Assembly (NCBI GenBank): GCA_947296775.1
Contig: CAMYRF010000002.1
Span: 1 to 35,952, forward strand
DNA: 35,952 bases
Reading direction: 5' to 3'
From: an uncultured Mycoplasmatota bacterium
Lineage (GTDB): Bacteria; Bacillota_I; Bacilli_A; RF39; UBA660
In this document: positions 18,040 to 25,581 of the stretch, one piece after another
Numbering within the stretch: position 1 is the first letter of the stretch
How the letters are laid out: each line of letters begins with the position of its first letter
Notes under the pieces: generated by a model
What the model saw: the letters and a program-made list of their open reading frames with translations, nothing else
Database searches by the model: none
What the model was told of the DNA's origin: nothing
Program-made: the position numbers and the translations under genes

Positions 18040-18564
18040 CTAATTAAATTTTTTTGAATTCTTTTCTATAACTTGTAAAGCCGAAGGATGTAATACAAAA
18101 AGAAATTCCGGATCATTTATATCCTCGACTTGGCTTTCTCTTACTATAATTTCATTATTAAGTTCCATAATTACATCCATATTAACTAATTCAATAACAT
18201 TAGTATCATTTTCTCTTAAATATCCTTGGTGATATTCATTAGCGTAAAATTTCTTTACAATTGCCAACTTTTTATCAGACAAACCTAAAATATATTTTTC
18301 GTAATCTCTTTCAGCTTTCCATCTGTTATATTTGTTTTTACTCCATTCGCATACTTCAATTATTACTTCTATTGTTAATGAGGCTGCAAAAAATAAAGTA
18401 ATTAAAATAATAATCCAAGAAAACTTATTGTAAAACCAGTTCATATTATATTGAATTAAAAATGGTTTTAAGCATAAAAGCACTATTCCAAAAACAACTC
18501 CAACAAATTTAGTTTTTGGCTTCATACTCAAAGCCTCCAAAAATGTTTTTAAGTATTCAATCAT
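18040..18564 (-). CDS. SieB-like (superinfection exclusion protein B family) membrane protein; moron
   Basis: Two N-terminal TM helices, then ...LSDKKLAIVKKFYANEYHQGYLRENDTNVIELVNMDVI...FLFVLHPSALQVIEKN, a pattern recalled for Pfam SieB. The ATG at 18564 follows gggtgat. The gene is very AT-rich. Confidence 0.55.
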   Translation of the reverse strand: MIEYLKTFLEALSMKPKTKFVGVVFGIVLLCLKPFLIQYNMNWFYNKFSWIIILITLFFAASLTIEVIIEVCEWSKNKYNRWKAERDYEKYILGLSDKKLAIVKKFYANEYHQGYLRENDTNVIELVNMDVIMELNNEIIVRESQVEDINDPEFLFVLHPSALQVIEKNSKKFN

Positions 18565-18589
18565 ATAAAAATCACCCAACTAACTATAA

Positions 18590-18617
18590 TACAAAAGCCT
18601 AGCTGCAATAGCTAGAC
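18590..18617 (-). terminator. Intrinsic terminator downstream of arpU
   Basis: The minus-strand RNA forms a GUCUAGCU-AUUGC-AGCUAGGC stem (8 bp, one G-U pair), followed by UUUUGUAUU. Confidence 0.6.
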
Positions 18618-18716
18618 TTCTTTCAGGAGATTAATATATGAATATCGAATCATTCGACAATATCATTATCACATTTTTATCAAGGATTGCTCATTCAACA
18701 ATTACCCATCAATTTA

Positions 18717-19175
18717 TCATTCCTCATCTGGATAAACGTGTAAGTCATCTATTTCAGTGTGAATACCATGCTTAACTAACTGAAATTCAAAACGATCAGC
18801 AAATTCACACAATGCTTTTTCTTGTTTTCGACTATATGTTGATGAACTAATACTTAATTCCCTGGCAATGTTATACGTTAGCATTTGATCTGAGTAACGA
18901 CTTAACAATATCCGTTGCGATTCCTTTGTCATGTTACGCATTGCACAGCCCACACAATCGACTACTTCTTCTGCCAGCCAAATATTCAACATTCGGCTTT
19001 CACTTCCATTACCATGACTGGGCGCTTTGGGCATTCCGTCCATTCCAGGTGACTTCAAATCAAATCGTTGTTTCCCGGATAAAGCTAGATAGCGATCCAG
19101 CTTCTTTTCCAGAAACTCAGTAACCTTCCGTGCAGTTTTCAAACAATCTATATCTAAGTTCAAATCTGTTTGCAT
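18717..19175 (-). CDS. arpU: ArpU-family late transcriptional regulator
   Basis: 152 aa. The sigma region-4-like C-terminal part is QRILLSRYSDQMLTYNIARELSISSSTYSRKQEKAL. It sits just upstream of the packaging genes. Confidence 0.7.
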   Translation of the reverse strand: MQTDLNLDIDCLKTARKVTEFLEKKLDRYLALSGKQRFDLKSPGMDGMPKAPSHGNGSESRMLNIWLAEEVVDCVGCAMRNMTKESQRILLSRYSDQMLTYNIARELSISSSTYSRKQEKALCEFADRFEFQLVKHGIHTEIDDLHVYPDEE

Positions 19176-19209
19176 GATGTACCCCCGCTATCTGCTATAA
19201 TGATTAAGG

Positions 19210-19237
19210 TTAATATTTTTGAGTAAGGACACATCAA
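19210..19237 (-). promoter_or_regulatory. Possible promoter for arpU (TTGATG-16-TATTAA)
   Basis: Read on the minus strand, the -35 is at 19237-19232 and the -10 at 19215-19210. Confidence 0.3.
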
Positions 19238-19256
19238 GCGCGGTGGGCCCTTTTTA

Positions 19257-19328
19257 TTATGGATTTTTCTTACCAAGAAGGAATCCAAAAACAAAAACAG
19301 CGAGTAAGAGTATTGATAATAAAATCAT
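19257..19328 (-). CDS. 23-aa hydrophobic peptide (MILLSILLLAVFVFGFLLGKKNP)
   Basis: The ATG overlaps the stop of the upstream ORF as ATGA. It is below the size cutoff of the track. Confidence 0.35.
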   Translation of the reverse strand: MILLSILLLAVFVFGFLLGKKNP

Positions 19329-19510
19329 GATAAATCCTCCGGCTGAACATCAACTGGAACGGTAAAATATGGATTCCCACTAAGTTCCCGAATTGTAAAC
19401 TGTTCAGTTAATTCGTTATGACCAATCACATAATACTTTCGGCCATTATAAAAGACTGGCACATTGTTTTCTTCATGCTTTAATGCTTCTTCAAATGTCA
19501 TATATCTCAC
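19325..19510 (-). CDS. Hypothetical protein (61 aa)
   Basis: ORF packed by a 4-nt overlap into the minus-strand gene train. Confidence 0.55.
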   Translation of the reverse strand: MRYMTFEEALKHEENNVPVFYNGRKYYVIGHNELTEQFTIRELSGNPYFTVPVDVQPEDLS

Positions 19511-19905
19511 CTCGAATTAAATAATAAAACAAGCGCTCCAATTAACCATACTGCAAAAGCAAGGACATACAGAACTCTTTTGAGTGTAATTTTCTTTTTG
19601 GGTCTAGTCTTAGTATTTTTCTGAACTTTAGGCTTAGTGTTTTTGAATTCTTTGATATATTCACCGGGATAAGTTCTTTTCTCACCTAATTTAATTGCAA
19701 TTATTTCTGCTTTAATTTGTTCGTCACTAATAGGTATAACGGGAATTTTTGTAATTTTAGCCGAACTATTATTCATGTGCAAATTCGACCCAAAAGCATC
19801 CCAAACATCCTGATAAAATTCTTTCTTACCATTTGTCGCTACTTCATAAATAAATGGCTCAACTGGATAAGCTTCCAGTTTTTGGTTACCGCATTTAATT
19901 TCCAT
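19507..19905 (-). CDS. Hypothetical tail-anchored membrane protein (132 aa)
   Basis: A Lys-rich segment followed by a C-terminal TM helix (VLYVLAFAVWLIGALVLLF). Confidence 0.6.
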   Translation of the reverse strand: MEIKCGNQKLEAYPVEPFIYEVATNGKKEFYQDVWDAFGSNLHMNNSSAKITKIPVIPISDEQIKAEIIAIKLGEKRTYPGEYIKEFKNTKPKVQKNTKTRPKKKITLKRVLYVLAFAVWLIGALVLLFNSR

Positions 19906-20141
19906 TAATTAATCCTCTCATAAGTCCGTTCAAATATATCTGGTTCAATTCTCCAGTGTTCACCATCAATTCCAGTAGCAATCCAATCGCCTATATTTAA
20001 TATCGAAGCTCCCTCTTTTGTGTAAAAACTATATTCATCACCTGGAGAATAGTACTTAATGTGATACTTTCTTATCATTTCATCAGAACCATCAAATTGT
20101 TCAGCTTCAATTAAGGCTGTTTTTTTGTATTTGTGTAACAT
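19905..20141 (-). CDS. Hypothetical protein (78 aa)
   Basis: ORF with a 1-nt overlap on each side. The motif GDWIATGIDGEHW is reminiscent of small PGDYG-type phage proteins, a weak recollection. Confidence 0.55.
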   Translation of the reverse strand: MLHKYKKTALIEAEQFDGSDEMIRKYHIKYYSPGDEYSFYTKEGASILNIGDWIATGIDGEHWRIEPDIFERTYERIN

Positions 20142-20329
20142 TAGATATCACCTTCATTAAGAATTTGACCAGACGCTAATGCTAAAGCTTCATCAGCCAA
20201 TTGGTGAAGTTCCATAATACAACCACCGTCAAACGCATATGGGTCTGATTCGTCATAATAAACTTCGTCTAGTTCAGCTTGCTTCTTGCGTAATTCAGCA
20301 AGCTTTTTATCAAATCCTTCTTTAGTCAT
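20141..20329 (-). CDS. Hypothetical acidic protein (62 aa)
   Basis: ORF packed into the operon. Confidence 0.5.
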   Translation of the reverse strand: MTKEGFDKKLAELRKKQAELDEVYYDESDPYAFDGGCIMELHQLADEALALASGQILNEGDI

Positions 20330-20777
20330 TATTCTTCACCTCCACTAATTCCTTCATTGTATCAATTGCAGGTGCAAGAGATGGATTATCATCCTTAAGC
20401 TGTTCTAGTTCAGACTCGGTAAAAGTTCTAGCACGTGTTCCCCATTCGACAGTCCAAGCCCCTCCCTCATTATCTAAATAATTCTTACCACCGTCAGAAT
20501 CATCAATCCACCGCAAACGGAACTTCTTTTCTGGAAAACGATCCTTAATAGGTGTTCTAAGAAATTTATTAATTTTATTAGAAACAGTAATCTTGATACC
20601 ATCTGGAAGTTCTTCAAGCTCGTCATTAATTCTGCAATCAAATATTGTTTTTGCATTAAAAGGGACTTTTACAAAAGTCCTCGAATTATAGGTAATCCAT
20701 AACGATTTAGGATACTGATAAACATTTAACTGCTTATCAAAATTACGAATACTATTAATAAATTCATCAATTTTCAT
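20322..20777 (-). CDS. Hypothetical protein (151 aa)
   Basis: ORF with an SD (ggtggaag). It may be DUF1642-like, a weak recollection. Confidence 0.6.
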   Translation of the reverse strand: MKIDEFINSIRNFDKQLNVYQYPKSLWITYNSRTFVKVPFNAKTIFDCRINDELEELPDGIKITVSNKINKFLRTPIKDRFPEKKFRLRWIDDSDGGKNYLDNEGGAWTVEWGTRARTFTESELEQLKDDNPSLAPAIDTMKELVEVKNND

Positions 20778-21024
20778 TATTCTTCCACCTCTTTGGCTTT
20801 CTAGCGCTTCGTTTCCACCATTGTGACCACTCGTAGCTAGTATGATCGTGTAAAGCCATCATATGCTTAACCTTAGCAATCTATCGCTTACGAGTGCGCT
20901 TGATTGGTTTAATTCTGGTATAACCACCTAAAGTAGCGTGCAAATCCTTAAACAATTTAGGACAAGATATTAATTTGAACTCTAATGTCTGATTAGTAAG
21001 CGTTCCAAAATGTACCCTATTCAT
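20767..21024 (-). pseudogene. Small basic ORF interrupted by an in-frame TAG (47 aa + 37 aa), or two separate mini-ORFs
   Basis: The ATG at 21024 follows the SD gaggag. Translation is MNRVHFGTLTNQTLEFKLISCPKLFKDLHATLGGYTRIKPIKRTRKR*IAKVKHMMALHDHTSYEWSQWWKRSARKPKRWKNNEN*. The TAG is at 20883-20881. Confidence 0.3.
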
Positions 21025-21346
21025 TATCAAAGCTCCTCATTTTCTCACTTATTATCTTTTTTTGTTTTAAGCCCTCGTATAATCGCTCAATTGAGCGAAA
21101 TAGTGCTAACGAAATAGCATGTAATTTTTGATGCTCTGTGTGAAGTCCATAGGCTAAAGAAAGAATTTGACTTTCTGAAAGCTGGGAAAAGTTTTTTTCT
21201 TCTAAATCTTCATCACAATAGATTTTTTCTAAAGTATCATCTAGCAATGAAACCAGGCCCTTTGTCCCTAATGACTCTAATTTTGCTTGCTCAATCGTAT
21301 CTTCTAAATTATTTAGTTTCTGAATTGTCTTTGAATCCATAACCAA
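21017..21346 (-). CDS. Hypothetical protein (109 aa)
   Basis: ORF in the minus-strand train. No family was recognised. Confidence 0.55.
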   Translation of the reverse strand: MVMDSKTIQKLNNLEDTIEQAKLESLGTKGLVSLLDDTLEKIYCDEDLEEKNFSQLSESQILSLAYGLHTEHQKLHAISLALFRSIERLYEGLKQKKIISEKMRSFDNE

Positions 21347-21665
21347 TCAATCCTTCCTCAACAATTTTTACTGCATCTCCAGCAGACCTAGCGATTCCAT
21401 GAATGATTTCTCGCTTAGTTAGCATCTCATGAAATCTAATTTGATCCGCTCTCGGCTTGCCTTTTTCATTCTTCACTTCAATGTAAAATACTTGATGATC
21501 TAACCAACGAAATCCATATAAGTCCGGGTGGCCACTTGGTACACCAGCTGAGAAAAATCTTCCATCTGGTGTTTTTACAGAACCAACATTTACTCGGAAC
21601 ACTGTGCACTGGTGCTTTGACAGCGCAACTCGGATATCGTTCTGGATTTTATGCTCACTCGTCAT
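21309..21665 (-). CDS. VRR-NUC domain nuclease
   Basis: The motif GHPDLYGF...FYIEVKNEKGKPRADQIRFHE is a PD-(D/E)xK core of VRR-NUC type. The ATG at 21665 follows the SD ggag and overlaps the upstream stop. Confidence 0.65.
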   Translation of the reverse strand: MTSEHKIQNDIRVALSKHQCTVFRVNVGSVKTPDGRFFSAGVPSGHPDLYGFRWLDHQVFYIEVKNEKGKPRADQIRFHEMLTKREIIHGIARSAGDAVKIVEEGLIGYGFKDNSETK

Positions 21666-21861
21666 CTTCAAACTCCATAATGCTTTCAACCGCAGTAACT
21701 GGAATAATGACGCGATGAGGAACTGTTTGTAAATTCCGCATTGCTAATCCATAGATATATAATCCAGTTGTTCCGTTTAACTTAAATTTTCTGAGGATAT
21801 CATCAATACCGCCCTCAGCTTCATAGAAATTTCCATTAATTGTAAAAACTTTTGTGTGCAC
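21655..21861 (-). CDS. Hypothetical protein (68 aa)
   Basis: A GTG start lies 6 nt after the SD aggaggg (21868-21874). Confidence 0.55.
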   Translation of the reverse strand: MHTKVFTINGNFYEAEGGIDDILRKFKLNGTTGLYIYGLAMRNLQTVPHRVIIPVTAVESIMEFEDDE

Positions 21862-21876
21862 TGTTTTCCCTCCTAA

Positions 21877-22107
21877 GGTTTACACTAGGTTGTCACTACT
21901 AAAAGTTACGATATGCTTACTCTACCAACGACTTAGACCTCGGTTTACAGGTTTACACTATATTTCAACTTTTTATAATGCATAATATAGTATTTATATA
22001 TATTTATTTTTATTATTAAATAGTGTAGTAGTGTAAACCTACCTCTCACAAATGTTGATATAACAATAACCATGGAGGTTTACACTAACGAATCTTTTAT
22101 GTAAACC
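21877..22107. repeat. Putative origin of replication: GGTTTACA iterons flanking an 8% GC stretch
   Basis: GGTTTACACTA occurs at 21877, 21950 and 22077. GGTTTACAG occurs at 21942. Inverted copies are TAGTGTAAACC at 22029 and TGTAAACC at 22100. Positions 21961-22020 contain 5 G/C in 60 nt by hand count. Confidence 0.65.
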
Positions 22108-22115
22108 AGTGACAA

Positions 22116-23354
22116 CTACTGTAAACTTTCCAATCTCCGATAACCGCGATGTACTATTCCTTTCATCTTCTTATATCCAGGTTTCCAATCATGCCGGTTA
22201 TCCATTACATACTTAATCTTCTTTGCTAATGAACGATTCTTAACCAAATTATCTTCACCTAATTGATGAGCAATTTCTGAACTTTCAATCCAATCATCGT
22301 CCCAAGTGCTAAGAACCCGTTCAATCTGATTTTCAGTTTCATCAATATACATAAACGACTTCCGATTATCCTCGATGAGCTTCTGCTGCTCCTTCGTCAA
22401 TTGAAAACTAAAACCCTCTTTGTAAAGTGCCACAGCTTCGCCCCAAAGATGGTCAACCATAGCATCATCAAGATCAGTTACTGGATTAGCCATTGCTCTG
22501 GACTTATCAGCCATGTTGGGTAAGAATCGTCGTTCACCAGTCTTATCTTTCAAATAAGTTGATTCGTTAGTTGTCCGGGCCATAACAAAATTCTTTGGCC
22601 GGCGGATTGTATGTCGTCCATAGGGTGGCCGAAACTCTAATTCTTCAGCTGAAATAAACTTTTTCAAATTCTCAAAGTCAGAATTATTAGTAGCGGTCAT
22701 TTCATCATCATTAACAATTAAAGCCCGGAGCATGTTAGCAAAGTTATCTTTATCCTTAAAATCGGTGAATTGATCTGTATACCAACCATGCGCTAACTTT
22801 TTCAAGAGTGTGGTCTTTCCTACACCTTGGCCACCGACTAAATCAAACACCCAATCAAATTTACTTTCCGGCTTATAGACTTTCATCACTGCTCCGACTA
22901 AAAATAATTTTGTCTGCAATGTTGTTACTTCGCCACTGGGTACTCCCAAATAAACTGGCAAGAAATCTTTAATTCGTTCTTTGTGGTCCCAATTCTTGTA
23001 GCACTTCTCCATATACTCTTTTACGGGATTATAGGGATGTTGCCTTGCTTCAACTGTGATTGCCATATTCAGTAATTTTTCTTGAAACATTACCGCATAT
23101 TCGTCTTCAATGTAACGAAGCATAATTGCCATGTAGCTATCATCAAGCTGGCCGTTTTCAATAAAAAGTTGCGGAATGTCTTTTACCACGTCAATTGAAT
23201 AGGCAAATTCGTTATATCGAAAAGTGCCGTGCAACAACGGATCACCGTTAAGAATTAAGCCAACGTTTTTAAGGCTGTTCGTTTTGGGATTACCTTGTGC
23301 ATTTAATTCAAATTCAATCGGTTTGCGAATCACATTATCCGCCACGTATTTCAC
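22116..23354 (-). CDS. VirE-like P-loop primase-associated helicase/NTPase
   Basis: Walker A motif LVGGQGVGKTT and a Walker B-like IVNDDEM. It is adjacent to PrimPol. Confidence 0.75.
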   Translation of the reverse strand: MKYVADNVIRKPIEFELNAQGNPKTNSLKNVGLILNGDPLLHGTFRYNEFAYSIDVVKDIPQLFIENGQLDDSYMAIMLRYIEDEYAVMFQEKLLNMAITVEARQHPYNPVKEYMEKCYKNWDHKERIKDFLPVYLGVPSGEVTTLQTKLFLVGAVMKVYKPESKFDWVFDLVGGQGVGKTTLLKKLAHGWYTDQFTDFKDKDNFANMLRALIVNDDEMTATNNSDFENLKKFISAEELEFRPPYGRHTIRRPKNFVMARTTNESTYLKDKTGERRFLPNMADKSRAMANPVTDLDDAMVDHLWGEAVALYKEGFSFQLTKEQQKLIEDNRKSFMYIDETENQIERVLSTWDDDWIESSEIAHQLGEDNLVKNRSLAKKIKYVMDNRHDWKPGYKKMKGIVHRGYRRLESLQ

Positions 23355-24126
23355 CCCCGTTTCTCAAATCACGTCTTAGCATTGACTGGAATGTCCGGTT
23401 CACTTCTTCTTCTGGTAGTGGATCAGGCGTATTCTCATTACAAATCATCGCTAATTGATAAGCGGCCTTAGCCTCAACACCTCGAAATAGTAGTGCGCCA
23501 ATCATGCCGGCCAAAGTTTTATTTCGCATTCCTTTATCGCCTAAACCATTAGCAATTGTTTCTAATAAATCAGTGGTCGAATTCCGTTCACGAGGCTTAA
23601 TCACAAAATCATTTGGAGTGTTTCGCCGGTTACTCGCCCGCATCTGATTAATATTGACTACTAATGATTTAGGAGCAGTAACGATTGGATTCTTGTTTAA
23701 CCATTCGTAACCCTCTGAAGGAGCGACGACAACATAATTGTTCTGATGAGCCTTAATGTCGACACCTGGTTGATAACCAATTAATTGATTAACTCGCATA
23801 TCTGGCCGTTTCAGATAAAATAATTGACGGCCACTATGCTTGGTGGTTTGGGTTAAAGTTTCTGGAAAATACTTCGCTGGTAATTGCTTAATTGATTCAA
23901 AACCATCAATGTTATTGGCATGATTGCGATCAATATCAACTACGAAGAATTTATCTGTCCTTAAAGCAATCTGAGCATAGGGATGTTTTTTCCATACAGC
24001 TTTGATTTGTTCTGCAGTTAAAGCTGGTTTATCAGCAAATTTAATCAGTGGTTGTTTACCAGCAATGGGGAGGACACTTAATCCTTTAGCTTGATAAGCC
24101 AAAGCGTAATTAACTAAATTTTTCAT
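23335..24126 (-). CDS. Bifunctional DNA primase/polymerase (PrimPol) domain protein
   Basis: Carries LSVLPIAGKQP, VVDIDRNH and VVAPS motifs typical of the PrimPol N-terminal domain. Confidence 0.7.
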   Translation of the reverse strand: MKNLVNYALAYQAKGLSVLPIAGKQPLIKFADKPALTAEQIKAVWKKHPYAQIALRTDKFFVVDIDRNHANNIDGFESIKQLPAKYFPETLTQTTKHSGRQLFYLKRPDMRVNQLIGYQPGVDIKAHQNNYVVVAPSEGYEWLNKNPIVTAPKSLVVNINQMRASNRRNTPNDFVIKPRERNSTTDLLETIANGLGDKGMRNKTLAGMIGALLFRGVEAKAAYQLAMICNENTPDPLPEEEVNRTFQSMLRRDLRNGGEIRGG

Positions 24127-24284
24127 TTTGACCTCCTAAATAAATAACGGGCATTCCACCCGCTCGGTGTTTAGGTCACTGCCTTAAATAGAATCAATAC
24201 CAGTTATGGTAATATTCGTCCCATTCCTCTTCGTCTTGAATTTGTTGCTTTCTTTTTGCTTCTAATGCTTTCCGCAGCCCACCC

Positions 24285-24800
24285 TTAAAAGGGCATCTCA
24301 TAATCTGTAACTTCCGGAGTTTCCGGTTGTTCTGCTTCATCAAAGTCATAATTACGGTATGGATATTGGGGGTTCTTCTTGTTTGGTCGAACCTTCAAAT
24401 CCATAATCATGGTCTTTCCTACTGCCGGTGCAAATGCTTTAGCCAAGTTTTCATAAATTAAAGTATCGTCATCCCAAACTTCATCAGGAATTTCAACACC
24501 TAGAATTGCTGCTAACTTAGAAACCAATCGTAAATTAGTTTCTAGCATTGGATTAGGATTACCCTTAGAAGTTAATTCATCTAATCCAATTTGTAAGAAT
24601 TCTTTTTGGCCGGCTGATTCTCCATCGACAACTTCTAATTCAAAGTTAAGCTGTTCAGCATTCCAAGGGGTTTCATGGTTTTCTACTTTTGCAACTACAA
24701 CAGTATACTTACCGCTTTCCAGTCCCTTAAATTTATTAACCGAATCATTCTTTGGATCAAAACCTTCAGTAGCTTTATTCATTGCATCTCGTAAACTCAT
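24285..24800 (-). CDS. DUF669-like phage protein (possible ssDNA-binding partner of the ATPase)
   Basis: Sits between the AAA_24-like ATPase and PrimPol and has an acidic C-terminus. The family is recalled from memory. Confidence 0.5.
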   Translation of the reverse strand: MSLRDAMNKATEGFDPKNDSVNKFKGLESGKYTVVVAKVENHETPWNAEQLNFELEVVDGESAGQKEFLQIGLDELTSKGNPNPMLETNLRLVSKLAAILGVEIPDEVWDDDTLIYENLAKAFAPAVGKTMIMDLKVRPNKKNPQYPYRNYDFDEAEQPETPEVTDYEMPF

Positions 24801-24806
24801 AATTCA

Positions 24807-25571
24807 TTAACCTTCCTTTACATTTTGCTTTTTAATTTTGTTAACAATTTCATTCTGTTCTTTTGTAGTGGTCTGCTTGGGTTTGTCAAAGACACCATTT
24901 ACATGTTCCAGCACTCGCAAAATTGCCGGATCAGTAATATCATCTTTGACATAATGAATTCGCCGATCTTTAACCATCCGGATATAACGGTCACCATAGC
25001 GCTTAGTTTCAATTACTAAATCACAATTACCATTAACCACGTTGTAATATTTCTGCTTTAGTGATGGTCGGTCTTCAGTGTGGCCAGAAGATTCATCAGT
25101 TAGCATCATTAATCGGCTAATATAAACCGTATTAAGTGGCAAGGCTTTTAGTTCAGTAACAAATGCTTGAAAGACGGTATTAAATTGTGCATATCCCTTG
25201 CCGTAAGGAACATCCCCCAGCGTTTCCACTTCATTGTCATAACAGATAGCTTGTTCAATTAATGTGACAACATCATCAATCACATCAATAACCACTGTTT
25301 TGTAACCATGTTTTTCAGTACCAAGAGCAAGAATAATCTTGTCTAGTTGATCAATCACTGACTCTTTTAAGCTTCCATCGCTCTTTCGGATATTCTTTAA
25401 TTGAATACTTGGTGCGGTGTTCATCTCGCTATTACCATCAGTGTTAAGAAATAGTGGACTTGGAAAACGTTCAGCTAGATATGATTTTCCGGACATTGTA
25501 TCTCCATAGATAAAGTAATTTCTCGGAACTCGCCGTGCTTTCTGTGGTTTATTTGGTGGCAAAATACTCAT
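24807..25571 (-). CDS. AAA_24 / Sak4-like RecA-fold ATPase
   Basis: P-loop motif YGDTMSGKSYLA. The ATG at 25571 lies 10 nt after the helicase stop. Confidence 0.7.
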   Translation of the reverse strand: MSILPPNKPQKARRVPRNYFIYGDTMSGKSYLAERFPSPLFLNTDGNSEMNTAPSIQLKNIRKSDGSLKESVIDQLDKIILALGTEKHGYKTVVIDVIDDVVTLIEQAICYDNEVETLGDVPYGKGYAQFNTVFQAFVTELKALPLNTVYISRLMMLTDESSGHTEDRPSLKQKYYNVVNGNCDLVIETKRYGDRYIRMVKDRRIHYVKDDITDPAILRVLEHVNGVFDKPKQTTTKEQNEIVNKIKKQNVKEG

Positions 25572-25581
25572 AATATCAACC

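Noticed and set aside
18638-18775. 45-aa plus-strand ORF (MNIESFDNIIITFLSRIAHS...) with an AGGAGA 8 nt upstream.
   Set aside because: It runs antisense into the arpU 3' end, has no promoter or terminator on that strand, and is AT-rich with an unremarkable translation. It is probably a chance ORF.
24140-24330. 35-48-aa minus-strand ORF (…MRCPFKGGLRKALEAKRKQQIQDEEEWDEYYHNWY) overlapping the DUF669-like 3' end.
   Set aside because: It has only a weak SD and I cannot assess its conservation. It is left unannotated, though it could be a real mini-gene filling the 158-bp gap.
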